From an uncultured Acidobacteriota bacterium (lineage in GTDB: Bacteria > Acidobacteriota > Thermoanaerobaculia > Multivoradales > UBA5704): a stretch of 64,000 nt of DNA. The notes beneath the pieces are model-generated. The model was not told the DNA's origin and did no database searches. It saw only the letters and a list, made by a program, of their open reading frames with translations. Of this stretch, positions 31,858 through 41,031 are shown piece by piece (position 1 is the stretch's first letter; each line of letters opens with the position of its first letter). The position numbers were made by a program, and so were the translations under genes. The DNA lies in the NCBI GenBank assembly GCA_963700145.1, contig OY969474.1, positions 2,688,001 to 2,752,000 on the forward strand, written 5' to 3'.

Positions 31858-32659
31858 ACCGCACTCCGATGACTTCGGCGAGGATCGAGATCGCGATCTC
31901 CCCCGGGCTGTCGCCGCCGATCGGCAGGCCGATCGGGGCGCGCAGCGGCAGGCCGTCGAGGTCCGCGCCCTGCGCCGCCAGCTGCTCGCGCACCCGCTCG
32001 ACCTTCCGCCGGCTGCCCATGAGGCCGAGGTAGCGCAGGCCGCGCGGCGCCTGGCGCACGACGCCGGCCATGGCGGCGACGTCGGTCTCCCAGCAGCGCG
32101 AGACGACGGCGACGTAGAGCTCGCGGCCGGCGACGCCGGAGAGGAACTCGTCGCCGAAGTCGCGCTCGACCGCGGCGAAGCGGGTGCGCTCCGGGAAGAG
32201 CTCGGGGCGGCGGAACTCCTCGCGGTCTTCGACGACCAGGAGGTCGAACCCGGCGAGGGCACCGGCGCGGGCCAGCGCCTGCCCCACCGGGCCGCCACCG
32301 CAGATGGCCAGGACCGGCGGCGACTCGACGACCTCGAGGAAGACCTCGGCCATGCCGCCGCAGACCATGCCGGTGGCTTCGCCGCGGGTCGCCTCTTCGG
32401 TCAGGTAGTAGCGCTTCACTTCGGAGGCGCCGGCGCCGTTCACCAGCTTGGCCGCGGCGTCGGCCTGCACCATCGCCTCGAAGGCGCCGCCGCCGAGGTT
32501 GCCGCAGGCGCTGCCGTCGGGACGGACCAGCAGCTTCCATCCCACTTTCCCCGGCGTCGAGCCGTCGGCGCGCACGATCTGGCAGAGCACAACTCGTCCC
32601 CACCGCTGCAAGGAGCGTTCCGTCTCGGCGAGGACCTCGGCGGGGAACGGGGCGACCAT
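31832..32659 (-). CDS. xdhC: XdhC/CoxI family molybdenum cofactor chaperone
   Basis: GSTPGKVG, GNLGGGAFE, GMVCGG, YLGLMGSRRK, PIGLPIGGDSPGEIAISI. ATG 32659 is 7 nt after TACAAT. Confidence 0.88.
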   Translation of the reverse strand: MVAPFPAEVLAETERSLQRWGRVVLCQIVRADGSTPGKVGWKLLVRPDGSACGNLGGGAFEAMVQADAAAKLVNGAGASEVKRYYLTEEATRGEATGMVCGGMAEVFLEVVESPPVLAICGGGPVGQALARAGALAGFDLLVVEDREEFRRPELFPERTRFAAVERDFGDEFLSGVAGRELYVAVVSRCWETDVAAMAGVVRQAPRGLRYLGLMGSRRKVERVREQLAAQGADLDGLPLRAPIGLPIGGDSPGEIAISILAEVIGVRYEASPSPH

Positions 32660-32700
32660 CCCGCTCATTGTACGGCTGTGCGGGCTTCAGGGGGTGGAGG

Positions 32701-32871
32701 CGGGCCGCGGCGTGGGGTGCTCCCCCGCGGGAACCGGCGCGGGCCAAGAGGACTGCGGCGGGAGGGCCCGCGCCTGCGCTTCGCTGCGCGCGGGGTCGTT
32801 CTCACTTGCCGGGCGGCTTGCCGGCGCTTGCTCAGAGCTTCCCGTGGGGGAGCACCCCACGCCGCGGCCCG
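32701..32871. repeat. Structured repeat family B, copy 1
   Basis: 33-bp terminal IR CGGGCCGCGGCGTGGGGTGCTCCCCCGCGGGAA with 1 mismatch. Core GCGCTTCGCTGCGCGCGGG...GCGCTTGCTCAGAGCT. Confidence 0.85.
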
Positions 32872-32902
32872 GTCACCGTTGGTGTAGGGCACGGGGACGA
32901 CG

Positions 32903-34222
32903 TCACTGCTCGTCGGTCAAGCGTAGGAAGCGCTTCAGGGTGAACCAGCGGTTGCGGAGCTTCCAGAAGCGGCTGGCTTCCATCGCGGCGATGCGGGCGT
33001 GCAGGCCGGCGGTCTCCGCCGCCGCCCGCGCTGCCTCCTCGCGGCGCTCTGCTTCGGTCCGCCACAGCTCTCCTTGGAAGAAGGCCGACTCCTGGCGGGC
33101 GGAGAGGAGGAGCGCCTGGGCCAGGGTGCTGACGTGCACGACGGTGGCGCCGCCGTTGCGGTCGACCAGGCGGACCACGAGCGGCGCCGAGCGGGCCGTG
33201 CCCGCGGGCAGTGACCCCTCGAAGAGCCACCCTGCCTGCAACGCACTCGGCTCGCCGAGGAGCGCCGCGACGTCGGGGCGCTCGCGCTCGATCGGCGCCG
33301 TGCCGAGGAGCGCGCCGTCGAGGAGCACCTCGGCGCGCGCCAAGGGCGTCCCTTCAACGCGCACCGCCCACCCGCGCATTGTCAGGCGTCCGCCGCGCTC
33401 CAGCGCGCACTGCTCGGTGTAGGAGCGCGGCTCGGGGTCGTAGGCGATGCGCGCGAGGTCCGGGCCGCCGGCCGTGCCGACGAGGTAGAGGTCCTGGAAG
33501 TCGCAGAGCCCGCGCCGGAGCCGCCGCACCGGCACCTCGCCGACGGCCCGCGCGATCGCCGCCCGCACGAAGGGCTCGGTGACCCAGGTCGAGCCGTACT
33601 CGCTCGGCGCCAGCGACCCGCTCTCGCTGACCGCCTCGAAGCGGATCCCCGCCGCCGGCATCTCGACGCCGGGGGCCAGCACGCTCTCGTCGTGGACGCT
33701 GAAGGCGAGGAGGCCGCCCGGCGCGAGGAGGGCGTGGAGGCGCGCCAGCCAGGCGACGAAGCGCTCCTCGGGCAGGTGGGTGAAGAGCGAGGTGACGAGC
33801 ACCGCGTCGAAGCGGCGGTCGCAGCGCAGCTCCTCGGGCCGCGCCGCCGAGACGAAGCCGTGCACGCCGAAGCGCTCCTCCTGGAAGCGCACCCCCTCGG
33901 CGTAGACGTCGGCCACCCACACCCGCTCCGGCGGCAGCTCGCGCACCAGGAAGCGGGTCACCCGCCCGTAGCCGCTGGCGAAGTCGAGGAGCGACCCCAC
34001 TCGCTCGACGCCGCCGAAGTGCCCGGCCAGGAGCTGGCGGAAGGCGCCGGCGATCGACAGCCCCGAGCCGGCGTAGACGGCGAGCGCCTGGTCGCGGTCC
34101 CCCTCGGCGCAGTCGAGCAGGAAGCCGAGCATCTCGTCGTCCGGGTGGACGGCGAGGTCCACGTCCTCGGGGGAGAGGCCGGAGGCGGCGAGGAGAGCGC
34201 TGACGAGGGGGGTGGAGGTCAC
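32903..34222 (-). CDS. Class I SAM-dependent methyltransferase with C-terminal Ig-like domain and coiled tail
   Basis: LLDFASGYGRVTRF, SLFTHLP, LAPGG, C-terminal ASRFWKLRNRWF. Confidence 0.85.
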   Translation of the reverse strand: MTSTPLVSALLAASGLSPEDVDLAVHPDDEMLGFLLDCAEGDRDQALAVYAGSGLSIAGAFRQLLAGHFGGVERVGSLLDFASGYGRVTRFLVRELPPERVWVADVYAEGVRFQEERFGVHGFVSAARPEELRCDRRFDAVLVTSLFTHLPEERFVAWLARLHALLAPGGLLAFSVHDESVLAPGVEMPAAGIRFEAVSESGSLAPSEYGSTWVTEPFVRAAIARAVGEVPVRRLRRGLCDFQDLYLVGTAGGPDLARIAYDPEPRSYTEQCALERGGRLTMRGWAVRVEGTPLARAEVLLDGALLGTAPIERERPDVAALLGEPSALQAGWLFEGSLPAGTARSAPLVVRLVDRNGGATVVHVSTLAQALLLSARQESAFFQGELWRTEAERREEAARAAAETAGLHARIAAMEASRFWKLRNRWFTLKRFLRLTDEQ

Positions 34223-34275
34223 GGCTGCGGGTTCGCGGGGCGGATTGTAAGCGTATGGCAGACTCATCGCGCTCG

Positions 34276-34725
34276 ATGCCCCCTTCTCCTCTACGCGCCG
34301 CGGTGCTCGGGCTGCTGGTGGCCTGCGCGGCGCTCGGGTTCCTGGCTTCGCTCGGGGACGGGCTCGCCGGCTACGACGCGCGCCACGCGCGCGCCGGGCC
34401 GCCGCTCTCCTGGCGCTTCGGCCGGGCGCCGGTCGCCGCGCTCGAGACCTGCCTCGCGGCGGCCCGGCCCCATCTGCCGCCGGTGGGCGTCGTCGCCTTC
34501 GCCGGCCCGGCCGAGCCGCGCGGCGAGGCCTTCCTGCGCTGGCGCTGGGCCAGCTACTTCCTGCCCGAGCGCGACGTCGTGCGCTGGGGCAGCGCGGCGG
34601 CGGCGGGCGCCACGCACGTCGTCGCCTGCCGCCGCGCGCTCGGCGGCGACCCGCGGCTCGCCGAGGTGGCGCGCCTGCCGGCCGGGCGGCTCTACCGAAT
34701 ACGAACGGCGGAGACGGCGCGTTGA
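34276..34725 (+). CDS. Hypothetical membrane-anchored protein
   Basis: N-terminal TM helix, RWRWASYFLPE, TTGA overlap with the next gene. Confidence 0.55.
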   Translation: MPPSPLRAAVLGLLVACAALGFLASLGDGLAGYDARHARAGPPLSWRFGRAPVAALETCLAAARPHLPPVGVVAFAGPAEPRGEAFLRWRWASYFLPERDVVRWGSAAAAGATHVVACRRALGGDPRLAEVARLPAGRLYRIRTAETAR

Positions 34726-36005
34726 GCGCCCTGCTCCTCGCGCTCCTCCTGCTCGCCGTGGGGAGCCGCTTCGCCGGCCTCCTCGCCGGGCCGCGCGACG
34801 GCCGCGCGCAGCGGCTGGTCCTGTCGTGGGTCGCCGGCCTCCTGGCGCTCTACCTCCTTCAGATGGCTTGCGACCTCGCCGGACTGCGCTGGAGCCGCTG
34901 GAGCCTGGGGCTCGGCCTCCTCACCGTCGCCCTGGCCGCGCACCGCTTCCTGCCCCGCCCGCGCGAGACGCCGGCCTTCGCCTCCGACCTCGGCTGGGGG
35001 GACGCGGTGGCGCTCGCCGCGCTCGCCGCCTTCACCCTCTTCGCCCCGACGCTCTGGGTGACGACGCCCGACTGGGCCTACCACTGGGGACTCAAGGGGC
35101 ACCGCTTCTTCTTGGCCGGCGGCATCGACTACGAGCTCCTCACTCGTCCCTGGAGCGCCAGCCTCCACCCCGACTACCCGAACCTCCTGCCCGGCCTCTA
35201 CGCGGCGACCGCTGTCCTCGCCGGCCGCTTCGCGGCGGCGCCGCAGATGCTCTGGTCGGTCTTCTTCTGCGCCGCGCTCCTCGCCGCGGCGCGCGAGCTG
35301 CTGCGCGCCGAGGGCGTGGACCGAGCCGCGCGGCAGGCGATGACCGCGCTCCTCGCGCTCCTCGTCTGCGGCTTCGCGCTGCGCCAGCTCGCGGCGGGCG
35401 GCGCCGACTGGCCGCTGGCGCTCGCCTTCGTCCTCGCCCTGCCGGCGCTGCTCGGCGCGCGCGACCCCGGCCTCGACCCCGCGGCCGAATGGCAGCTCGG
35501 CCTCGCCGCGGCGCTCGCCGCCGGCGGCAAGATCGAGGGCGTGGCGCTCGCCGCGATCCTGGTCGCCGTCTACGCCGTCTGCCGCGGCCGCCGGCTGCGC
35601 CCGGCGACGCTGGCGCGCACCGCCCTCCTGCCGCTCGCCGTCGCCCTCCCCTGGCTCGTTCAGGCGCTCCGCCACGACCTCTTCCTCGACTACGACGCCG
35701 GCGGCCCCAGCCTGCGCCACGCCGGCGCGGTCGGCGCGGCGCTCGTCGAGGCACTCGGGCGCCGCGAGTGGAGCGGCCTGGCGGTGGCCGCCCTGCTCCC
35801 CCTGCCGCTGCTCTTCGCCCGGCGCGCGCGCGCCTTCGCGGTCGCCGCGATCCTGCAGCTCGGCTTCTACGGCTACGTATACCTCTCGGCGCTCTCCGAC
35901 CAGCGCTTCTACGTGCTCTCGACCTTCTCGCGCCTCGCGCTCCACGTACTGCCGGCCGCATTGGTCGCCGCGGCGGCGGCCTGGCTGCGGGAGCGGCCGC
36001 GGTGA
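34722..36005 (+). CDS. Polytopic membrane protein, probable GT-C fold glycosyltransferase
   Basis: About 12 TM helices; loop motifs PDWAYHWGLKG, HPDYP, KIEG. Confidence 0.6.
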   Translation: MSALLLALLLLAVGSRFAGLLAGPRDGRAQRLVLSWVAGLLALYLLQMACDLAGLRWSRWSLGLGLLTVALAAHRFLPRPRETPAFASDLGWGDAVALAALAAFTLFAPTLWVTTPDWAYHWGLKGHRFFLAGGIDYELLTRPWSASLHPDYPNLLPGLYAATAVLAGRFAAAPQMLWSVFFCAALLAAARELLRAEGVDRAARQAMTALLALLVCGFALRQLAAGGADWPLALAFVLALPALLGARDPGLDPAAEWQLGLAAALAAGGKIEGVALAAILVAVYAVCRGRRLRPATLARTALLPLAVALPWLVQALRHDLFLDYDAGGPSLRHAGAVGAALVEALGRREWSGLAVAALLPLPLLFARRARAFAVAAILQLGFYGYVYLSALSDQRFYVLSTFSRLALHVLPAALVAAAAAWLRERPR

Positions 36006-38401
36006 GCGCCGTGGACTGGCGGCTGGTCGCCGTCCTCGTCCTCCTCCTCGCGCTGCTCCAGGGCGTCTGCCTCCTCCTGGCGCGCGGCTTGGGCATGCGC
36101 CTGCGCCGCCCGGCGGTCGCGCTCGGCCTGGCGCTGCCGCTCGTGCTGCTCGCGCCCTGGCTGGTGCAAGGACGGCTGCTCGTGCCTTGCAACCTGCTGC
36201 GCGTCCTGCCCGACGTCCACCGCACCGTGCCGGAGGCGCTGCCCGCCGCTGCCGCCGACCCCTACGACGTGCTCAGCGACGTCGTCTACCAGCTCCTGCC
36301 CTGGGAGCTGGAGGTGCGCCACGCGCTCGCCGCCCGGCGGCTCCCCTTCTGGTCGGACGCTGTGGACGGCGGCTGCAGTCTCTGGGCGAACCCGCAGGCC
36401 GGCGCGGCGGCGCCGCTGGCGATGCTGGCGCGCGCCGTCCCCATCCAGCACCACCTCTTGGCGGCGCTGGCGCTCAAGCTCCTCCTCGCCTTCGAGGGGA
36501 CGTGGCTGCTTTGCCGGCGAGTGGGGCGGAGCCGCGCGGCGTCGCTCCTCGCCGCCGGCGCCTTCGCGCTCGGCGGCGGCCTCGTCGGTTGGGGGCTCTA
36601 CCCGATCAGCTCGGCGCTGGCCTGGGTCCCCTGGCTCGCGGTGGGGACGATCGGGCTCTGCCGGCGGCCGCGGCCGCGGGCGATCGCGACGACCGCCCTC
36701 GTCACCGTGGCGCTCCTGCTTTCCGGACACCCGGAGACGGCGGCGATCGGCGGTCTCTTCGCCGCGGTCTGCGGCCTCGCCCTGGCGCGCCGGCGCGGTC
36801 TGGCACGCGGCCTCCTGGCGGCCGGCGTCGCGGCGGCGCTCGGCTTCGCGCTGGCGGCGCCGCACCTCCTCCCCTTCCTCCACCTGCTGCCGGAGTCGCA
36901 GCGGGCGCAGGAGACGCTGGCCGAGACGATGCCGGAGTACCGGTTCGAGCCGGCGAACCCGCTCACCTGGTTCCTCTTCCCGCACCACCTCTTCCTCGTC
37001 TCGCCGGTGAATCCGCACGTTTACGGGCGGCCGTTCCGCGATCCCTTCCGCGGCCCCTTCGTCTGGCCGGAGGCGGTGAGCGGCTACGTCGGCGTGCTCC
37101 TCTTCGCCGGCGCGCTGGCGGCGCTCTGGGCCTGGCGCGACCGGCGTGTGCGGCCCTTCCTCGTCTTCGCCTTCGCGGCGGTGCTGATCACCGCGCGCTG
37201 GCTGCCCTTCGCCCACCTCGCCTACGCCCTGCCGCCGCTGCGCGTCACCGCCTGGTCGCGCTTCCTCGGCGTCGGCGCGCTGGCGCTGGTCGTGGCCGGC
37301 GCCTTCGGGCTCGACCGCATGCTCACGCGGCGGAGCGGACGCCTGGGACTCTGGATCGCCGTCGCCGCCGCCGCCGCGCTGAGCCTGGCGGTGCACGCCG
37401 ATGCCTGGGTGGTCGGGCTCTGGCTCCTCGTCGCGGCGGCGGTCCTCGCGGCGCGCTGGAGCCGCCGCCTCGGCGTCGCCCTCGCGGCGCTCGCGGTGCT
37501 CGTCGATCTCGTCCCCTGGTCGCGCTCGCTCCTGCCCTCCTGCCCGCCGGCGCTCTTCTACCCGCGGACGGAGATGACCGAGCTGATGGCGCGCGAGGCG
37601 GGGCCGGCGACGACGGGGCGCGCCGCCGGCGCGCTGCAGCTCCTCTTCCCCTCGCTCCTGCCGGTCTACGACATCGCCGACCCGCGCCCCCACAACCCCT
37701 TGGCGCCCATGTCTCAGCTCCGGGTGCTCGACGCGGCGTTCGGCTTCGCGCCGACACAGCTCCGCTACTTCCCGCGCTTCGATAACGTCGACCACCCGCT
37801 CCTCGACTTCCTCAACGTCCGGGTAGTCATGGGCAGTGTCGGGCTCGATCCCCCGACGACGCTCGAGCGGATCGACGCCGGCCGCTACGGCCTCTACCAG
37901 GTCTACCGCAACCCCGACGCCCTGCCGCGCTGGTTCCTCACCGACCGGGCGCGGGTCGTCGAGCGCGGCGCGCTGCGGGCCTGGATCGAAAGGCTCGCCG
38001 ATCCGCGGGAGGTGGCGCTGCCGCCCGAAGCGGGCGGCTGGCGGCCCACGCCGGGCGCCACCGGCGGCCTGCGCGTCCGCGCGCCGGCGCCCGGCCGGCT
38101 GGTCTTCGCGGTGCCGCCCGAAGGCGAGAAGCTGCTGGCGACCTCGCTGCCCGCGGCGCCCGGCTGGCGGGCACGCTCCGCCGGCGGCGCCGCGCGCCTC
38201 CTCAGGATCGACGGCGCGTTCGTCGGGCTGGCGATCCCGGCCGGCGTCTCACGCGTCGAGCTGGCGTTCGTGCCGGCCGGCTTCGTTCCCGGCCTCGTCG
38301 CCGGCTCCGCCGCGGCGCTCGCCGTCGGCGCGCTCCTCCTCGCGCCGCGCCGGCGGCGCCACCGTCCAGGCGGCGAGCAGCGCCAGCGCGACGGCGCCTA
38401 G
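36002..38401 (+). CDS. YfhO-like GT-C membrane protein
   Basis: DVVYQLLPW, LPFWSD..G.SLWANPQ, GHPE, C-terminal PGWRA...FVPAGF. GTGA start overlap; the 1569-aa ORF call is over-extended. Confidence 0.75.
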   Translation: MSAVDWRLVAVLVLLLALLQGVCLLLARGLGMRLRRPAVALGLALPLVLLAPWLVQGRLLVPCNLLRVLPDVHRTVPEALPAAAADPYDVLSDVVYQLLPWELEVRHALAARRLPFWSDAVDGGCSLWANPQAGAAAPLAMLARAVPIQHHLLAALALKLLLAFEGTWLLCRRVGRSRAASLLAAGAFALGGGLVGWGLYPISSALAWVPWLAVGTIGLCRRPRPRAIATTALVTVALLLSGHPETAAIGGLFAAVCGLALARRRGLARGLLAAGVAAALGFALAAPHLLPFLHLLPESQRAQETLAETMPEYRFEPANPLTWFLFPHHLFLVSPVNPHVYGRPFRDPFRGPFVWPEAVSGYVGVLLFAGALAALWAWRDRRVRPFLVFAFAAVLITARWLPFAHLAYALPPLRVTAWSRFLGVGALALVVAGAFGLDRMLTRRSGRLGLWIAVAAAAALSLAVHADAWVVGLWLLVAAAVLAARWSRRLGVALAALAVLVDLVPWSRSLLPSCPPALFYPRTEMTELMAREAGPATTGRAAGALQLLFPSLLPVYDIADPRPHNPLAPMSQLRVLDAAFGFAPTQLRYFPRFDNVDHPLLDFLNVRVVMGSVGLDPPTTLERIDAGRYGLYQVYRNPDALPRWFLTDRARVVERGALRAWIERLADPREVALPPEAGGWRPTPGATGGLRVRAPAPGRLVFAVPPEGEKLLATSLPAAPGWRARSAGGAARLLRIDGAFVGLAIPAGVSRVELAFVPAGFVPGLVAGSAAALAVGALLLAPRRRRHRPGGEQRQRDGA

Positions 38402-40774
38402 GGCGCACCCCGCGACGAATGCCGGCGGCCGGTAGAGCAGGTGGACGGCGAAGTCGCCCGCCGGCAGCCAGGCGCCGGCCAGGGGACCGTTGACCTCGAC
38501 GACCGGCCGGCGCCGGCCGCCGGCGAGGAGGCGCCAGTTGCCGTCCGCGAAGACGCTGGAGGCGAGAAGGCGCGGCTCGGCGAGCGCCGCGGCGGCGTCG
38601 ATCCGCGCCGCCTCCAGCCGCGTCAGCCGCAGCGTCGAGAGTGCGGGGGCGCGCGCCGCCCAGTGCCCGCGGCCGTCCGGCAGGCGCTCGACGACGGCCT
38701 GCCGCGCGAAGTGGCGGTTGCGCTCCAGCCAGGAGGGCCAGGAGCCCTGGGAATAGGCTTCGGCGGCCGCCGGCAGGAAGAGGCGCGGCAACGGGCGCGG
38801 CCGCTCGTAGATCCAACCCGCGGGGTCCTCCAGCACCCGCCGCAGCGGCGGCTTGTGCCGCACTCCCGGCCGCGTCAGGGCGTAGCGCACTCCCAGGAGG
38901 TCGTAGAGCGCGTGGCGCGGCCGCCCGAACTCCGGGATCACCCACCCCGGCGAGCGGGTGAGCGGGGCGACGAAGTGCTGGTAGAGCGCCGGGCTGATCG
39001 GGTTGTAGACCCGCACGTCCGCCAGGCCGTAGAGGCTGGGCAGGTTGGGGGGGAAGACCGAGCCGAGCCCCACCATCCGCTGCCCCGTCCCGAGGTGGCG
39101 CTGCAGGAAAGCGACCGGCGGCGGCGCCGCGAAAGCGAGCTGCTTCGGCATAGGCGGGTTCTCCGGCCCGTGCGCGGCGAGGAGCTCGAGCGCGACGATG
39201 AGGGCCAAGAGCGCCGGCGCCCAGCGGTGCGCCGGCTCCCGCCACCGCGCCGCGGCGAGGACGCTCGCCGCCGCGGCGGCGAGCGCCGCGAGCTGCCCCC
39301 AGAGCCAGCGCGTGCGGAGCTCCGCCAGCGCCTCGCCGCCGTGGGGGTGCGCCACGTACGCCCAGCCGATCAGGAGCGCCAGGAGCAGCGCCCAGGCGAG
39401 GACCAGCGGCGCGCGCCGCGCCAGCTCGCCGCGCCGCAGCCGCTCCACCGTGCAGGCCGCGAGGTAGGGCAGCGCGAAGGCCACCAGCAGCAGGAGCCGC
39501 CGGTTGTGATGGGCGGCGGTGGCGCCCACGAACGGCAGCTCGTAGGTCAGCGCCGCGAGCCCCTGCGGTTGGGCGAGGAGGACGAGCGCGACGACCAGCG
39601 CGCCCCAGACTAGGCGCTCTTGCGGGAAGCGGCGCGGCGCGGCCAGGCCGAGCAGCGCCAGCAGCAGCGTCGCGGTGCCGGTGAAGGCGGTCGAGTTGTC
39701 GTTCGAGTTGATCTCCCCCCAGTAGTGTCCGAGGCGGCTGGCGCCGAAGGCGAAGGGGGAGGAGATCGGCAGCAGGCGCTGGCCGGCCAGCGTCCGCCAG
39801 GCGGCTTGCGCTTCGGGGTCGGCGAGCTCGGCGCGCAGCTCGGGCCAGCCGCGCGCGCCGTACGCGAACGCCAGGGCTTGCGCCCGCTCGCTCTTGGGGA
39901 GGTGCTCGAGCATCGGCAGCCAGACCGGCGCCGCGGCGCCGGCGGCGAGCGCCGCGGTGACCGCGGCGGTGGCGAGCAGCGGCAGGCGCGCGCCGCGCGG
40001 CCGGCGGCGCACGCGGGCGAGCAGGAAGGCGGCGGCGAGCGCGCCGGCGTAGAAGATCACCTCCGGGTGGCCGGCGGCGAGGAGCGCGAAAAGGGCGAGC
40101 CAGAGAAACAGGCGGTCGGCGCGGCGGCCGCTCTCGTCGCAGCGCACGATCGCGTAGAGGACCGCCGGCAGGAGCGCGGCGGCGTTGACGATCGGCCAGC
40201 CCAGCCAGATGAGGAGGAAACCGGAGAGGCCGTAGGCCAGGCTGCCGCAGAGGCTCGCCGCCTCCCCCAGCCCTTGCCGCCGCAGCAGCAGGAACATGAA
40301 GGCGAGGGCGACGAAAAGGCGGAGAAAGGCGGTGATCCCGGCCGCCTGCGGCAGCGGGAAGGGCCAAGCGAGGAGGACGAGCGGCTGGAAGACCTGCGAC
40401 TGCGGATCGGCGAGGAGCGGGATGCCGGCGGCGACCAGCGGGTCCCAGAGCGGCCAGCGGCCGGCGGCGACGGCGTGCCGCACCGCGCGCTGGGTCGGCG
40501 CGATCTGCTGCAGCAGGTCGAGCTGGTGGTTGCCGGGCGGGTCGGTGGGGGGCAGGTGCTGGAAGGGCGGGGTGAGCCGGAGGCTGTCGAGCGGGAGGAG
40601 AACGCGGCCGCCGAAGAGGACCGGGCCGAGGAGCGGCAGGAGGACGAGCGCGAAGGCCAGGAGCGCGCGGCGCGGCAGCGGGTCGAACCAGCGGCGGAGG
40701 GCGCCGAGCAGCAGGCCGGCGAGCGCCAGCGCGTAGAGGCCCGGCAGCAGGTCTAGCGGGCGCCAGTCGGGCAT
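38249..40774 (-). CDS. YfhO-like GT-C membrane protein (paralog)
   Basis: DLLQQIAP, WPLWDP..AGIPLLADPQ, GHPE, LPRLFL, LLYRPP. Confidence 0.78.
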   Translation of the reverse strand: MPDWRPLDLLPGLYALALAGLLLGALRRWFDPLPRRALLAFALVLLPLLGPVLFGGRVLLPLDSLRLTPPFQHLPPTDPPGNHQLDLLQQIAPTQRAVRHAVAAGRWPLWDPLVAAGIPLLADPQSQVFQPLVLLAWPFPLPQAAGITAFLRLFVALAFMFLLLRRQGLGEAASLCGSLAYGLSGFLLIWLGWPIVNAAALLPAVLYAIVRCDESGRRADRLFLWLALFALLAAGHPEVIFYAGALAAAFLLARVRRRPRGARLPLLATAAVTAALAAGAAAPVWLPMLEHLPKSERAQALAFAYGARGWPELRAELADPEAQAAWRTLAGQRLLPISSPFAFGASRLGHYWGEINSNDNSTAFTGTATLLLALLGLAAPRRFPQERLVWGALVVALVLLAQPQGLAALTYELPFVGATAAHHNRRLLLLVAFALPYLAACTVERLRRGELARRAPLVLAWALLLALLIGWAYVAHPHGGEALAELRTRWLWGQLAALAAAAASVLAAARWREPAHRWAPALLALIVALELLAAHGPENPPMPKQLAFAAPPPVAFLQRHLGTGQRMVGLGSVFPPNLPSLYGLADVRVYNPISPALYQHFVAPLTRSPGWVIPEFGRPRHALYDLLGVRYALTRPGVRHKPPLRRVLEDPAGWIYERPRPLPRLFLPAAAEAYSQGSWPSWLERNRHFARQAVVERLPDGRGHWAARAPALSTLRLTRLEAARIDAAAALAEPRLLASSVFADGNWRLLAGGRRRPVVEVNGPLAGAWLPAGDFAVHLLYRPPAFVAGCALGAVALALLAAWTVAPPARREEERADGERRGGAGDEAGNEAGRHERQLDA

Positions 40775-40795
40775 GTGGGCGCGATGGTAACGCGA

Positions 40796-40956
40796 GGGCC
40801 GCGGCGGGGGCTCGCGCCGGGAACCGCCGCGAGCCTGGAGGACTGCAGCGGGGAGGCTCGCGGCTGCGCTTCGCTGCGCGCGGGATCGGTGGAGGACTGC
40901 GGTGGGGTTGCTAGCGCTTGCTCAGAGCTTCCCGGCGCGAGCCCCCGCCGCGGCCC
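40796..40956. repeat. Structured repeat family B, copy 2
   Basis: Perfect 28-bp IR GGGCCGCGGCGGGGGCTCGCGCCGGGAA; same core as copy 1. Confidence 0.85.
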
Positions 40957-40987
40957 GGGACCGTTTGCGCGCAGAAGCGCTCCGCCT

Positions 40988-41022
40988 GTCATCCTGAGCG
41001 AAGCGAAGGATCTGGGCGGGGG
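40988..41022. repeat. REP family A single copy
   Basis: GTCATCCTGAGCGAAGCGAAGGATCTGGGCGGGGG. Confidence 0.85.
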
Positions 41023-41031
41023 GAGTTGGAG

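Noticed and set aside
32701-32903. Repeat B as a SECIS element for UGA readthrough
   Set aside because: Genes preceding the other copies end in TAG or TAA, and the upstream methyltransferase ends where its paralog does.
33692-36001. Upstream part of the 1569-aa ORF
   Set aside because: Shadow frame over the methyltransferase and two real genes. The YfhO-like gene starts at GTG 36002.
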